NCBI GenBank assembly: GCA_021413775.1
Contig: JAIOPS010000026.1
Location: 1 to 63,833, forward strand
Length of the DNA: 63,833 nt
Direction: 5' to 3'
Source: Candidatus Kaiserbacteria bacterium
Lineage (GTDB): Bacteria; Patescibacteriota; Minisyncoccia; Phycocordibacterales; UBA2100
Each line of letters starts with the position of its first letter. Position 1 is the first letter of the stretch. Below the pieces are notes generated by a model, which saw nothing but the letters and a program-made list of their open reading frames with translations, was not told where the DNA came from and ran no database searches. Position numbers and translations under genes: made by a program. Positions 1-8,440 of this stretch are shown one piece after another.

Positions 1-264
1 GCCAAGGAGAATCTGAAAGGCGTGGAGACCGTCATCGCGGGATTCGTCGAGACGGTCCAATCTATTCTCACCAAAAAGGGCGAGAAGATGGCATTCCTGA
101 AATTCTCTGATTTCTCAGGTGACGTGGAGGCAGTGGTATTCCCGCGCACCCTGAAGGAGAACGAGACGCTCTTCATCTCCGGCAACTGCATCATGCTCAA
201 GGGAAAGATTTCCGAGCGCAACGGCATCCCGAGCTTCGTCGTGGAGAAGGCAAAGGCGCTCTGA
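1..264 (+). CDS. dnaE: DNA polymerase III alpha subunit, C-terminal end (partial, 5' end upstream of window)
   Basis: Frame is open from base 1 (AKENLKGVETVIAGF...). The stretch KGEKMAFLKFSDFSGDVEAVVFPRTL resembles the C-terminal OB-fold tail of DnaE. Stop TGA at 262-264. Confidence 0.6.
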   Translation, partial: AKENLKGVETVIAGFVETVQSILTKKGEKMAFLKFSDFSGDVEAVVFPRTLKENETLFISGNCIMLKGKISERNGIPSFVVEKAKAL

Positions 265-325
265 TTTTGACTTTATTCATTTTTATGTTACCGTCAGATA
301 GGTAATTAGCCCTGGAGGATGTGAA

Positions 326-676
326 ATGGACGCAGACACGTTCAAAGACGGGGCAATGGAAATTTTTTCATTTGCCCAGCACGGAACCTGTGACGACAAA
401 AAGATGGAGGCGCTGATTGCTTCAATCGAGCATGTACGCGCCGAATGCAGGCACCCGAGTCCGTACTTGAAAGCCGCGTTCAGTGCCCTCTATCCGGCGC
501 TTACGCAGAACGAAGACTCGCTGGGTCGCGAGCTCGACGATGAACTGGCCCTCATCAACCGCATCTGCAACGGCGAGAAACTGAATCAGAGCGATATCGG
601 TCGGGTCATGAATTTCTGCCAAGAGATATGGTACCAGCTCCGCCTCTTCCAAAACGGCTCGACACCGCACAAATGA
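326..676 (+). CDS. hypothetical cytoplasmic protein (116 aa)
   Basis: ATG preceded by GGAGGA at 314-319 and followed by a strong terminator. No recognisable domain. Confidence 0.6.
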   Translation: MDADTFKDGAMEIFSFAQHGTCDDKKMEALIASIEHVRAECRHPSPYLKAAFSALYPALTQNEDSLGRELDDELALINRICNGEKLNQSDIGRVMNFCQEIWYQLRLFQNGSTPHK

Positions 677-700
677 ATGAGTGCCTGTCCGGCTCCGAAA

Positions 701-725
701 CGGCCGCGTCCGCGCGGCCGTTTTT
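701..725 (+). terminator. intrinsic terminator
   Basis: Perfect 8-bp GC stem cggccgcg/cgcggccg, loop tccg, then TTTTT. Confidence 0.8.
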
Positions 726-834
726 ATTTTGTCCCGTATTTTTCCGAAAAAAGTATTGACATGCGCGCGTGAGGCCTTACTCTACCTGCACGCACGAAAT
801 TGTGCGCGCACAAGAAGAGAAGGAGCGGTGTGAA

Positions 835-1185
835 ATGAAGGCTGGGGAACCTCTCGTCATTGATACTGAGGCATTCGCGGAAGCGGGTGCGATTCTCAGC
901 AATTTCAACGGCGAGGAAGAAGTGGACCTCACGCCCTGCAGCAAGGTGGCGACCGTGCTCGACATCATCCGGAAAGCGGACGGCTTCAAACGTCTGAATT
1001 CTGCTGAACAAGCACGACTGCGAGCTGCGGCGGTGAACGTAAGCTCTCGTCTCGAGAAGGATGACACCCGGGTGTTGAACTTTCTCAACGAGGCCTTCGG
1101 CGCCACACTGAGGCCGGCGAAAGCCGAACCCGCCCGACGTACGCGCGTCGGCACATTCCTGCTCAAGGTCGCGGATGCGTCCTGA
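835..1185 (+). CDS. hypothetical cytoplasmic protein (116 aa)
   Basis: ATG at 835 (MKAGEPLVID...) has AGGAG 8 nt upstream. The longer 769 start lacks an RBS. A terminator follows. Confidence 0.55.
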   Translation: MKAGEPLVIDTEAFAEAGAILSNFNGEEEVDLTPCSKVATVLDIIRKADGFKRLNSAEQARLRAAAVNVSSRLEKDDTRVLNFLNEAFGATLRPAKAEPARRTRVGTFLLKVADAS

Positions 1186-1202
1186 AAGTCGGATTACGAG
1201 GA

Positions 1203-1233
1203 CCCCGGGCGTAACGCCCGGGGTTGTACTTTT
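1203..1233 (+). terminator. intrinsic terminator
   Basis: 9-bp stem ccccgggcg/cgcccgggg, followed by ttgtactttt. Confidence 0.7.
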
Positions 1234-1272
1234 GTCGCTTTTGTTTGTGACTCCTGGCATTCTCCTGCTATC

Positions 1273-3027
1273 ATGGCTTCTACTATGGCTGAGATTGAAC
1301 ATATCAGACACACCCTCGCTCACCTCCTCGCCGCCGCCGTACAAGAGCTCTATCCGAACGCGAAGCCGACCATCGGTCCGGCGATTGATACGGGCTTTTA
1401 CTACGACTTCGATTTCTCCGGGGGCGAGATGCCGAGCGAGGACAGTTTGAAAGAACTGCAAAAAAAGATGAAGAAGCTTCTCAATGTATGGACGGAGTTC
1501 ACGCATGAGGTCGTGACGCCCGAGAAGGCACGCGAACAATTTGCGGGCAATCAGTTCAAGCTTGAACTCATTGATAATCTCGAGAAAGAAGGCGCGACCA
1601 TTACCCTCTATACCTGCGGAGGGTTTACGGACCTTTGCCGGGGCGGTCATGCGGACAATCCGAAAAAGGAAATTGATGCGGATGCTTTCCAGCTCGACAA
1701 AGTAGCAGGCGCGTACTGGCGCGGCGATGAGAAGAATCCCATGCTCACGCGAATCTACGGACTCGCATTTGCTTCAAAAGCAGAGCTTGATGCATTTCTC
1801 ACACAACGCGAAGAGGCGAAGAAACGCGACCATCGTAAAATCGCGCGCGAACAGGGGCTTCTCGTCTTTTCCGACTTGGTGGGTTCGGGCATGCCGATGT
1901 ACACGCCGAAAGGCAACCTCATCCGCAACGCCATCGTGAATTATTCACGAGAACTGAACGGCACCCTCGGTTTCGGCGAGGTGCACACGCCGAACGTCAA
2001 CAAGGCGGAACTGTTCAAGCTCTCCGGCCACTACGATGCGTACAAAGAGGACATGCTCAGCGTCCGCTCGCAATATGTTTCCGACGAAATGTTTCTGAAG
2101 CCGATGAACTGCCCGCAGCACACGCAGATATATGCGTCCGAACCTCGCAGCTATCGCGACCTCCCCGTGCGCTTCGCGGATTTCGCGACGCTCTACCGCG
2201 ACGAGAGACCGGGAGAGCTTTCAGGCCTCACCCGTCTGCGCGCATTCTCCCAGGACGACGGGCATATTTTCTGCCGTGAAGACCAGGTCGAAGCCGAACT
2301 TTTGGCGGTATTGGGTGCCATTCAGAGCGCTCTCCGCACATACAACATCACCTACTGGATACGGCTTTCGTTGCGCGATCCAAACAAAAAAGAAAAGTAC
2401 CTCGGTTCGGACGAAAGCTGGGAGCGCTCGCAGACTCAGCTGCGGAAGGTACTGGAAGAGAGCGGTGTGCCTTTTAAACCCGCCGAAGGTGAGGCGGCAT
2501 TCTACGGCCCGAAAATGGACATCATGGCGGTCGATGCAATCGGCCGGGAATGGCAAATCTCAACAATCCAGGTGGACCGGACGATGCCGGAAAGATTCGG
2601 ACTCGAGTATGCGGCGGAAGACGGAACCAAAAAAACACCCGTCATGATTCACCGGGCGCTCATCGGTTCGCCCGACCGCTTTCTCGGCATTCTTATCGAG
2701 CACTATGCGGGCGCGTTTCCGCTCTGGCTCGCGCCGGTACACGTACGAGTCCTGCCGGTATCTGAAAAGCACACCGAATATGCGCAGGCCGTGACGAATC
2801 AACTCAAAGACGCCGGTATCCGTGCGGAACTCGACGACTCCGACTCGCTCGGGAAGCGCATCCGCAATATGAAGATTGCGAAACTTCCCTACTTCATCGT
2901 CATCGGAGACCAGGAGGTTGAGGCGAAAAACATTACCGTCGAATCGCGCGCCGGTGAGAAAGAAGTGCTCGGTGTGCCTGATTTCATATCAAAAGTGACG
3001 CAGCTCATCGCGAGCCGCGCTGCGTAG
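1273..3027 (+). CDS. thrS: threonyl-tRNA synthetase (no N-terminal TGS domain)
   Basis: The N-terminus HTLAHLLAAAVQELYPNAKPTIGPAIDTGFYYDFDF is the editing/SAD domain. Class II core and anticodon-binding region are present (RDERPGELSGLTRLRAFSQDDGHIF, MIHRALIGS). Confidence 0.9.
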   Translation: MASTMAEIEHIRHTLAHLLAAAVQELYPNAKPTIGPAIDTGFYYDFDFSGGEMPSEDSLKELQKKMKKLLNVWTEFTHEVVTPEKAREQFAGNQFKLELIDNLEKEGATITLYTCGGFTDLCRGGHADNPKKEIDADAFQLDKVAGAYWRGDEKNPMLTRIYGLAFASKAELDAFLTQREEAKKRDHRKIAREQGLLVFSDLVGSGMPMYTPKGNLIRNAIVNYSRELNGTLGFGEVHTPNVNKAELFKLSGHYDAYKEDMLSVRSQYVSDEMFLKPMNCPQHTQIYASEPRSYRDLPVRFADFATLYRDERPGELSGLTRLRAFSQDDGHIFCREDQVEAELLAVLGAIQSALRTYNITYWIRLSLRDPNKKEKYLGSDESWERSQTQLRKVLEESGVPFKPAEGEAAFYGPKMDIMAVDAIGREWQISTIQVDRTMPERFGLEYAAEDGTKKTPVMIHRALIGSPDRFLGILIEHYAGAFPLWLAPVHVRVLPVSEKHTEYAQAVTNQLKDAGIRAELDDSDSLGKRIRNMKIAKLPYFIVIGDQEVEAKNITVESRAGEKEVLGVPDFISKVTQLIASRAA

Positions 3028-3040
3028 ATACGCCGCAACG

Positions 3041-3075
3041 AAAAACCGCCTGCGTGATGCAGGCGGTTTTCGTTT
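3041..3075. terminator. bidirectional intrinsic terminator
   Basis: 8-bp stem ccgcctgc/gcaggcgg flanked by AAAAA and TTTT. It lies between the convergent thrS and the 3125-4594 gene. Confidence 0.75.
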
Positions 3076-3124
3076 CACTTTTTGGAGCGTCGCGAGGCGG
3101 CGGACTTAAGAAATCGCAGATTTC

Positions 3125-4594
3125 TTAAGCGCGATTGATGACGATACGAGGTGTGCCGTCGTGTCCGCGCTGGATGAACATCGAGTCTTTCATCGGCTGA
3201 GCATCCGAGACAGGAAGCGCTTCAAGAGCTGCTACCGGAGATGTCTCTTCCTCATGGACGTGTGCGGGTGCCGGAGCTTCCTCAATCGTCGCTTCCGCTG
3301 CGGAGACATGGTCAACCCTGCGCACAGAGCCGAGCATCGAACCCGCGAGGGCGAATGCACCACCCTGGTAGTAGAGCACGAGGTACGCGGCTGCTACGGC
3401 GAAGCTGATGAGTCCCATCCAGTAGAGCGCGTTGCCGACCGGACCGAAGTCGAAGCCGGTGTACGGGATCTGCGAGAGCGAGACGTACGGTGCCGATGCT
3501 ACCGCCTGCGTGCGGCAGGTGTATGTACCGCCGGGTCCCGTGACCGTGAGCGAGTACACATTGTTGCCGTTCGCGTAGAAGGAGGTCGAACCGTTCGGAT
3601 TCACGTATCCCACAATCGGTGAGATGTACGCGGATGTGGCACCTGTGGAAGTCCACGTGAGGCTAACCATTCCTGAACCGTACCCGCCGGTGACCGAGAT
3701 GGCGCAGTAGAGATTCTGATTGTAGTACGTCGGAGTCGTGTAGACGATTGGCTGCGTGAACTGGTACTGCACTATCGGCTGCGGTGTGACCTGGTAGACC
3801 GGTGCGGTCACCGAGTAATTGCTGTTACCGCTGTTCGCAATGTTCGTGTTGAAGCTGCCGTTAATCGAGTTGTTCACGTAGCTGTTGTCGACGTACGAGC
3901 TGTTGCAGCTGCCGTTGGTGCAGTAGTTGCTCGTGTTGTTTGTGTACACAGGCTGCGGGTAATGACAGTTCGGATACGTGCCTGTCGTTCCTGCCGGGCA
4001 GTACTGAGGCTGCGGCTGCGGCGGGACGTAGGTCGGAGGCGTGTATGTCGTCGGCGGCGTGTAACGAGGCGGTGTGTACGAGGAGCCGCCACCGGAGTAG
4101 AGCGAGGAGAGGTAGTTCGTTCCGTACGAGGAGCCGTAGTTGTACGCGGACTGATTATCGTACTGCTGATTTGCGTAATTGTACGTGTATACGTCCGCAT
4201 ACGCGTTCTGCCAAGAAGTGTCGACGTACGGGCTGGAGTTCCACGAAGTATCGACATACGGGCTGTCCCAAGAGGTGTCAACGTACGGGCTGGAGTTCCA
4301 CGAAGTATCGACGTAGGGGCTGTCCCATGAAGTGTCGACGTACGGGCTATCCCAAGAGGTGTCGACGTACGGGCTATCCCATGAGGTGTCGACGTATCCG
4401 CCGCTGTCCCAAGAAGTATCAACGTATCCGCCGTTGTCCCAAGAGGTGTCGACGTAATCACAGCAACTACCATCTCCGGAACCGCCGTCATACTGTGCGA
4501 AGGCTGTCGTCGGAGCGACAACGGCAAACGACAGCGCCACGACCATGGCGAGCGAGACAACGATACGATACTGCACACGTGTAATGTAATTCAT
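3125..4594 (-). CDS. exported repeat protein (YVDTSW repeats, Y/N/S-rich region, Ig-like domain, IPYTG + TM + charged tail)
   Basis: ATG at 4594 (MNYITRVQYRIVVSLAMVVALSFAVVAPTTAFA signal peptide), nine YVDTSW repeats, C-terminal TM helix. Confidence 0.7.
   Translation of the reverse strand: MNYITRVQYRIVVSLAMVVALSFAVVAPTTAFAQYDGGSGDGSCCDYVDTSWDNGGYVDTSWDSGGYVDTSWDSPYVDTSWDSPYVDTSWDSPYVDTSWNSSPYVDTSWDSPYVDTSWNSSPYVDTSWQNAYADVYTYNYANQQYDNQSAYNYGSSYGTNYLSSLYSGGGSSYTPPRYTPPTTYTPPTYVPPQPQPQYCPAGTTGTYPNCHYPQPVYTNNTSNYCTNGSCNSSYVDNSYVNNSINGSFNTNIANSGNSNYSVTAPVYQVTPQPIVQYQFTQPIVYTTPTYYNQNLYCAISVTGGYGSGMVSLTWTSTGATSAYISPIVGYVNPNGSTSFYANGNNVYSLTVTGPGGTYTCRTQAVASAPYVSLSQIPYTGFDFGPVGNALYWMGLISFAVAAAYLVLYYQGGAFALAGSMLGSVRRVDHVSAAEATIEEAPAPAHVHEEETSPVAALEALPVSDAQPMKDSMFIQRGHDGTPRIVINRA
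4205..4456 (-). repeat. in-frame tandem repeat, nine units of 27-30 nt encoding (G/S)(G/P)YVDTSW(D/N/Q)
   Basis: Protein residues 47-130 read YVDTSWDNGG YVDTSWDSGG YVDTSWDSP x3, YVDTSWNSSP and so on. Confidence 0.9.
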
Positions 4595-4652
4595 ACGAGA
4601 TAAAAAACGAATAAAATAGCGAACCCCTAGTAATTTTCCCCCAGTGACAGAA

Positions 4653-4682
4653 CTATTACGACAAATCAACGTGATTTGTCAA
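4653..4682 (-). promoter_or_regulatory. sigma70-type promoter of 3125-4594
   Basis: Minus strand TTGACA (4677-4682), 18 nt spacer, TAATAG (4653-4658). Confidence 0.45.
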
Positions 4683-4718
4683 TACCCTTTCGAGGCTTAT
4701 ACCCTACACTACTATTAT

Positions 4719-4755
4719 AAAAAAGTCAAGGGGTGGAACGCATGCGTCCCACCCC
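4719..4755 (-). terminator. intrinsic terminator of 4771-5271
   Basis: Imperfect 12-bp stem ggggtggaacgc/gcgtcccacccc. On the minus strand a T6 run follows after 5 nt. Confidence 0.45.
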
Positions 4756-4770
4756 CCTCCGAAAGAGCCT

Positions 4771-5271
4771 TCACTGCTTGGGCAGTGCCTGACACGGAAC
4801 TGTTTCCGCACGGGCACCGTGCGAGGTGCCCCATGCCAGACCCTTCAGACTCACGCTCCAGCCGAAACGTCCTTTGCCGGTACGCGCACGTTCGAGTCCG
4901 GCTGCGACCTCGTCCGCATTTAATGTCGCGAAGCCGTTGTCGTTGTTGCAGAGACACACGGTGCCCCCGCGCCAGACGGATTCGCCGCGACAGTACTGGC
5001 CGTTGGTCCCGGCCGGCTTCGAATCGTACTTGGACGGGCGTCCGTCCGCGTAATCGATACGCAGCGTCACCGCACCCGGCTTCCATTGGTCGAAACGCAA
5101 CGGAATACAGGCAACCGGTTTCAGCACGCGCGGACGCGGATGCAACGACAGGTTGCACATCACGTCGGCACAGTCGCCCTTCTTGAGGACCTTTGCGTCC
5201 GCAGGAAGAGCTGAACCGAGTGCGAGCGCCAGCACGAAGCTGAGCGATAAAAAGAGCTTTTTACGCGTCAT
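4771..5271 (-). CDS. exported Cys-rich protein (166 aa)
   Basis: ATG at 5271 with GGAGGAG RBS, signal peptide MTRKKLFLSLSFVLALALGSALPADA, and 8 Cys in the mature part. Confidence 0.65.
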   Translation of the reverse strand: MTRKKLFLSLSFVLALALGSALPADAKVLKKGDCADVMCNLSLHPRPRVLKPVACIPLRFDQWKPGAVTLRIDYADGRPSKYDSKPAGTNGQYCRGESVWRGGTVCLCNNDNGFATLNADEVAAGLERARTGKGRFGWSVSLKGLAWGTSHGARAETVPCQALPKQ

Positions 5272-5365
5272 GGTTTTCTCCTCCAATTGCGATTTCGGAC
5301 ATGATGCCCGTTACCTGCGGTGTATCACACGAATACCTGGAAGCGCAAGGAAACCTTCCGCTCCC

Positions 5366-5407
5366 AAAAAAAACGGCGGGGCGAAGCACTATGCCTCACT
5401 CCCCGCC
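5366..5407 (-). terminator. intrinsic terminator of 5441-5773
   Basis: Stem ggcgggg/ccccgcc with a long loop. A T8 run follows on the minus strand (5366-5373). Confidence 0.45.
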
Positions 5408-5440
5408 TGTCATTCACCTGCAGCTCACGCTGCAAGCGTA

Positions 5441-5773
5441 CTACTTGCCGGCAACCTTTTTCGCACGGATGCGCTCGAGCGCGGCGGGCGTGCACTTCCA
5501 GCGCGCCGCGCCGGCGTCCGCGTTGCCGGTCATCTTGACGTTGGTGCATTCGCGGTCCGGCGCACCCGAATCCTGCATGCGCACATACTGCGCGGGCTTG
5601 ACGCCGGTCGGCGTGTCGCCGAGCGTGCCGTAGGCTTCCACGGCGAGCTTCGCGCACTGCGCGGTCGTGAGACCGTTGCAGGTCATGCCGGCGTTCGCGG
5701 AGCTGACGCTTCCGAGAGCGATGGCGACGGTTGCGGTGGTAACGAGAAGAGCAGACTGCAAGAGTTTACGCAT
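5441..5773 (-). CDS. small exported protein (110 aa, 4 Cys)
   Basis: GGAGG RBS and signal peptide MRKLLQSALLVTTATVAIALGSVSSANA. Confidence 0.65.
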   Translation of the reverse strand: MRKLLQSALLVTTATVAIALGSVSSANAGMTCNGLTTAQCAKLAVEAYGTLGDTPTGVKPAQYVRMQDSGAPDRECTNVKMTGNADAGAARWKCTPAALERIRAKKVAGK

Positions 5774-5936
5774 CGGAGGTCCTCCAGTGGTGAATCGTTG
5801 CGGTTGACCGAAGCAGTTCGATAGTAATTATCTTATGCCGGTCTGTCTGCGTGCGACATTCGCGCTCAGACAGACCTGTACAAGTGATAGGACGGCGGGG
5901 AGAACGGTTCTCCGTCGCCCCACCGCATGGAGATAG

Positions 5937-6146
5937 TCAATCTCCGTAAATTTTCCGCGCCTTGTCGACGACGCTTTCGTGGGCCGGTGGCGAATCGGCT
6001 GTCTGCGGATTAATCTTTATGTTGCCGCTGGCAACGAGAATCCCGTAGATTGCGAATGCGCCGACGATGACGAAGAACAGGGCTTTCCCCCATCCGGCTC
6101 CGTCCCCGCCGCTGTGACCACCCGAACCGTGAGCTGGTGCGTTCAT
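5937..6146 (-). CDS. small membrane-anchored protein ending in KARKIYGD
   Basis: ATG at 6146 (MNAPAHGSGGHSGGDGAGWGKALFFVIVGAFAIYGILVA...) with GAGG RBS. The 6203 start would lie inside the promoter. Confidence 0.6.
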   Translation of the reverse strand: MNAPAHGSGGHSGGDGAGWGKALFFVIVGAFAIYGILVASGNIKINPQTADSPPAHESVVDKARKIYGD

Positions 6147-6182
6147 GCTATACCTCGTGCGGTAAAATTTGTTTCCTCGCAG

Positions 6183-6210
6183 ATAATAGCAGATTAAATA
6201 CATTTGTCAA
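6183..6210 (-). promoter_or_regulatory. sigma70-type promoter of 5937-6146
   Basis: Minus strand TTGACA (6205-6210), 16 nt spacer, TATTAT (6183-6188). Confidence 0.55.
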
Positions 6211-6235
6211 GGGCTAAAAAGTGGCCTCCTGTATG

Positions 6236-6266
6236 AGAAAAAGGCGGGGCACTGGGCCCCGCCTTT
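6236..6266 (-). terminator. intrinsic terminator of 6290-6883
   Basis: Stem aaggcgggg/ccccgcctt, with a T-run on the minus strand. Confidence 0.65.
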
Positions 6267-6289
6267 CGATTCGACAGCTTCTGCAGCTG

Positions 6290-6883
6290 TCAGTTCTTGC
6301 CGTAAATCGATTCCGCTTTGGCGATTACGTCGCCGTCAGCAGCCGGCGCCTTGGCGATTTCGGTCTTGACGTCGGCCTTCTTCGTGTCGGCCTTGGTCGT
6401 ATCCTTCGGCTCGACCTTCACGTCGGGCTTTGCGTCCGCCTTCGGCTCGACCGTGCCGTCCGCTTTCGCGTCGGGCTTGGTGTCGGTCTTGGCGACCTTG
6501 TCGTCCGTCTTGGCGGCCGGCGCTTCAGCCTGCTGCTTCGCCTTGAGCGCGATGAGCTCGCCGGAGAGCTTGGTGACCTTGCCCTGCTCGACGGCGATTT
6601 CGCTCTTCAGCTTGTCGCGTTCGCCGGTGAGGGCCGTGATCTTCTCTTGCGCGTCGGTGAAGGTCTTGAGCTTCGCCTGCGCGGTCGAAAGCTGTTCGGT
6701 CACCGATGCGAGCGCAGCCTGCGTGTCCGCGAGCCCGGTGCCCTTCCAGAAGTAGACGCCGGTCACAGCGGCTGCGACGCCGACGACGAGACAGAGCGTG
6801 CCGACCCACAGGAGGTGCAGGAGCCAGTGACGGCGCTTCGGGGTCGTATTCGCGGGTTCGTCAGTGTGATGGGTATCGGACAT
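6290..6883 (-). CDS. membrane-anchored coiled-coil protein with Lys/Asp/Ala-rich tail ending in KAESIYGKN
   Basis: ATG at 6883 (MSDTHHTDEP...) with GGGAGA RBS, a TM helix LLHLLWVGTLCLVVGVAAAV, a heptad-like region and a KADxKPD low-complexity tail. Confidence 0.6.
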   Translation of the reverse strand: MSDTHHTDEPANTTPKRRHWLLHLLWVGTLCLVVGVAAAVTGVYFWKGTGLADTQAALASVTEQLSTAQAKLKTFTDAQEKITALTGERDKLKSEIAVEQGKVTKLSGELIALKAKQQAEAPAAKTDDKVAKTDTKPDAKADGTVEPKADAKPDVKVEPKDTTKADTKKADVKTEIAKAPAADGDVIAKAESIYGKN

Positions 6884-6968
6884 GGCGTTATCTCCCTTGG
6901 TTACCATGAATTTTGACCGCGGATGCAGCCAAATGACGGTCCGCCGAACAATGGCGGAACTACCGAAT

Positions 6969-6996
6969 ACTATAGCAATAAATTGTACTTTGTCAA
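6969..6996 (-). promoter_or_regulatory. sigma70-type promoter of 6290-6883
   Basis: Minus strand TTGACA (6991-6996), 16 nt spacer, TATAGT (6969-6974). Confidence 0.55.
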
Positions 6997-7002
6997 GTAT
7001 AT

Positions 7003-7046
7003 AAATAAAAGGCGGGGCTGCTACGTACGTAGTCTTATGCCCCGCC
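7003..7046 (-). terminator. intrinsic terminator of 7075-7638
   Basis: Stem ggcggggc/gccccgcc (7011-7018 and 7039-7046), with a T-rich run on the minus strand. Confidence 0.55.
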
Positions 7047-7074
7047 CTTTCTTGTTCATCTGACGCCGGAGACG

Positions 7075-7638
7075 TCAGGAATGCGATCGCTCTTCGAGGC
7101 GCCGCTGCGTCGCGAGCGATTCCTGGATGATGGAAATAATCGCCGACAGCGCATTGATGGCAATCGCGCCGATAACCGCCGTGTGCGCGATTATCAATAT
7201 GTCCGCGATGCCGTAGGTCGGCCCCATCCAGACGGGCTTCTCCGCCCACTTCCAGGTAGCCAGATACACCGTCGCCGGAAACGCCCATGCCAAGACTGCG
7301 ACGAGCGTCCCCCAGTACAGGGAGCGCATTTCGCCGCGCTGATGGTCGGATTCTTCCTGCTTGAGACTGTTGAAAACCTTCACCTGGATGATGATTTCCT
7401 TCAGCTCGATGTACCAGTAGAGATGCGTAAGCGCGAGGAAGACCGCGTAGATTGCCGTCTTCGCGTATCCGTCCCCCGGCAGAACGTAACCGAGAATCGG
7501 CACGCCGACGGCGATAGCCGCCGCATACAGCTGCGCATCGTGCTCGCTTAGACGCCACAGCAATGGCGCCGAGTCATGACGTTCTTGCTCGTGCGGGTCG
7601 CTGCTGCGACCGCGCAGCCTGTCCCAATGGGCGCTCAT
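7075..7638 (-). CDS. polytopic membrane protein (188 aa, about 4 TM)
   Basis: ATG at 7638 (MSAHWDRLRG...) with GGAGG RBS and several hydrophobic helices. No recognisable family. Confidence 0.6.
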   Translation of the reverse strand: MSAHWDRLRGRSSDPHEQERHDSAPLLWRLSEHDAQLYAAAIAVGVPILGYVLPGDGYAKTAIYAVFLALTHLYWYIELKEIIIQVKVFNSLKQEESDHQRGEMRSLYWGTLVAVLAWAFPATVYLATWKWAEKPVWMGPTYGIADILIIAHTAVIGAIAINALSAIISIIQESLATQRRLEERSHS

Positions 7639-7686
7639 TGTGTTTCGCCTCCTCTGATAGCGTGAATCTTCATTCGTGTCCGGAGA

Positions 7687-7716
7687 TATAATGAATTGAA
7701 TTTGTAGATTTGTCAA
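7687..7716 (-). promoter_or_regulatory. sigma70-type promoter of 7075-7638
   Basis: Minus strand TTGACA (7711-7716), 17 nt spacer, CATTAT. Confidence 0.5.
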
Positions 7717-7748
7717 ATAAAAAAGGCGGGGGCATTTCATCCCCCGTC
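7717..7748 (-). terminator. intrinsic terminator of 7817-8275
   Basis: Stem cggggg/cccccg, followed by TTTTTTATTT on the minus strand. Confidence 0.6.
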
Positions 7749-7816
7749 TTGTCGTTCGCACAGTTCCCAAACGGATAGAGCGCTTGAAATCCGGCAGCAG
7801 TATCGTGCGGCAGGAT

Positions 7817-8275
7817 TCAATCGTCACCGTAGATGGCACGCGCCCGTTTGACATCGGCAGCGGTGCCGGCAGACGGTGTCGGGCTGTACCGGATACGCTG
7901 ATGCGTGACGCTCACGGTGGTCGTGGAGCCACGTTTCCGCTCGAATCCTGAGCCCCACTGGCTTCCGTACTGGCTGCTCTGCACCCGCTGCCGGTTACGA
8001 TTCTGATGGTACCGGGGCTGCCGATGCATTTGCTGTTCCATCACGCCGAGGACGGCGAGCGGAATCGCGATTGCAGCGACGGGCGGGCGACGGTAGTGAT
8101 GCCGCGGCGCGGAGTAGCGCGGCGGGGTGTACCGTGGCGGCGCAACGTTGCGCGGCGGCGGCCGGTGAGAGACCGGACGTGAGGTCGGCGGATGCCCGTA
8201 GTACTGCGCATTCGATGCCGACGACATCACGCAGAGCGCAAGCGCGAGTGCTGCAGTTGTGAATGCCATCTTCAT
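7817..8275 (-). CDS. exported Pro/Arg-rich protein ending in KRARAIYGDD
   Basis: AAGGAG RBS, signal peptide MKMAFTTAALALALCVMSSASNA, PPRY-type low complexity and one internal hydrophobic helix. Confidence 0.65.
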   Translation of the reverse strand: MKMAFTTAALALALCVMSSASNAQYYGHPPTSRPVSHRPPPRNVAPPRYTPPRYSAPRHHYRRPPVAAIAIPLAVLGVMEQQMHRQPRYHQNRNRQRVQSSQYGSQWGSGFERKRGSTTTVSVTHQRIRYSPTPSAGTAADVKRARAIYGDD

Positions 8276-8340
8276 GGCTCACTCCTTTCGGTTGCACGTT
8301 CAGTTTTCCGCTCGAATTTCACTGAGCGGTCGCTGGGAAT

Positions 8341-8368
8341 ATAATAACGTAAAATGACAAAATGTCAA
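8341..8368 (-). promoter_or_regulatory. sigma70-type promoter of 7817-8275
   Basis: Minus strand TTGACA (8363-8368), 16 nt spacer, TATTAT (8341-8346). Confidence 0.55.
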
Positions 8369-8440
8369 GAATCGGCTCTGCTGAGCGCCCGATTCCCCAC
8401 TACGAAAAGCACCTCGGGGGCGCCTCTCAAGAATGCTGAT

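Noticed and set aside
1186-1272. A possible T-box or attenuator leader upstream of thrS.
   Set aside because: Only about 85 nt are available, and the single hairpin (1203-1233) is adequately explained as the terminator of the preceding gene. I saw no specifier-loop or T-box sequence.
724-1650. A 308-aa minus-strand ORF spanning the 835-1185 gene and the thrS 5' end.
   Set aside because: It is antisense to two ORFs with good RBS, terminator or homology support. It crosses two terminator hairpins and has Arg/Gly-rich shadow-frame composition typical of high-GC antisense ORFs.
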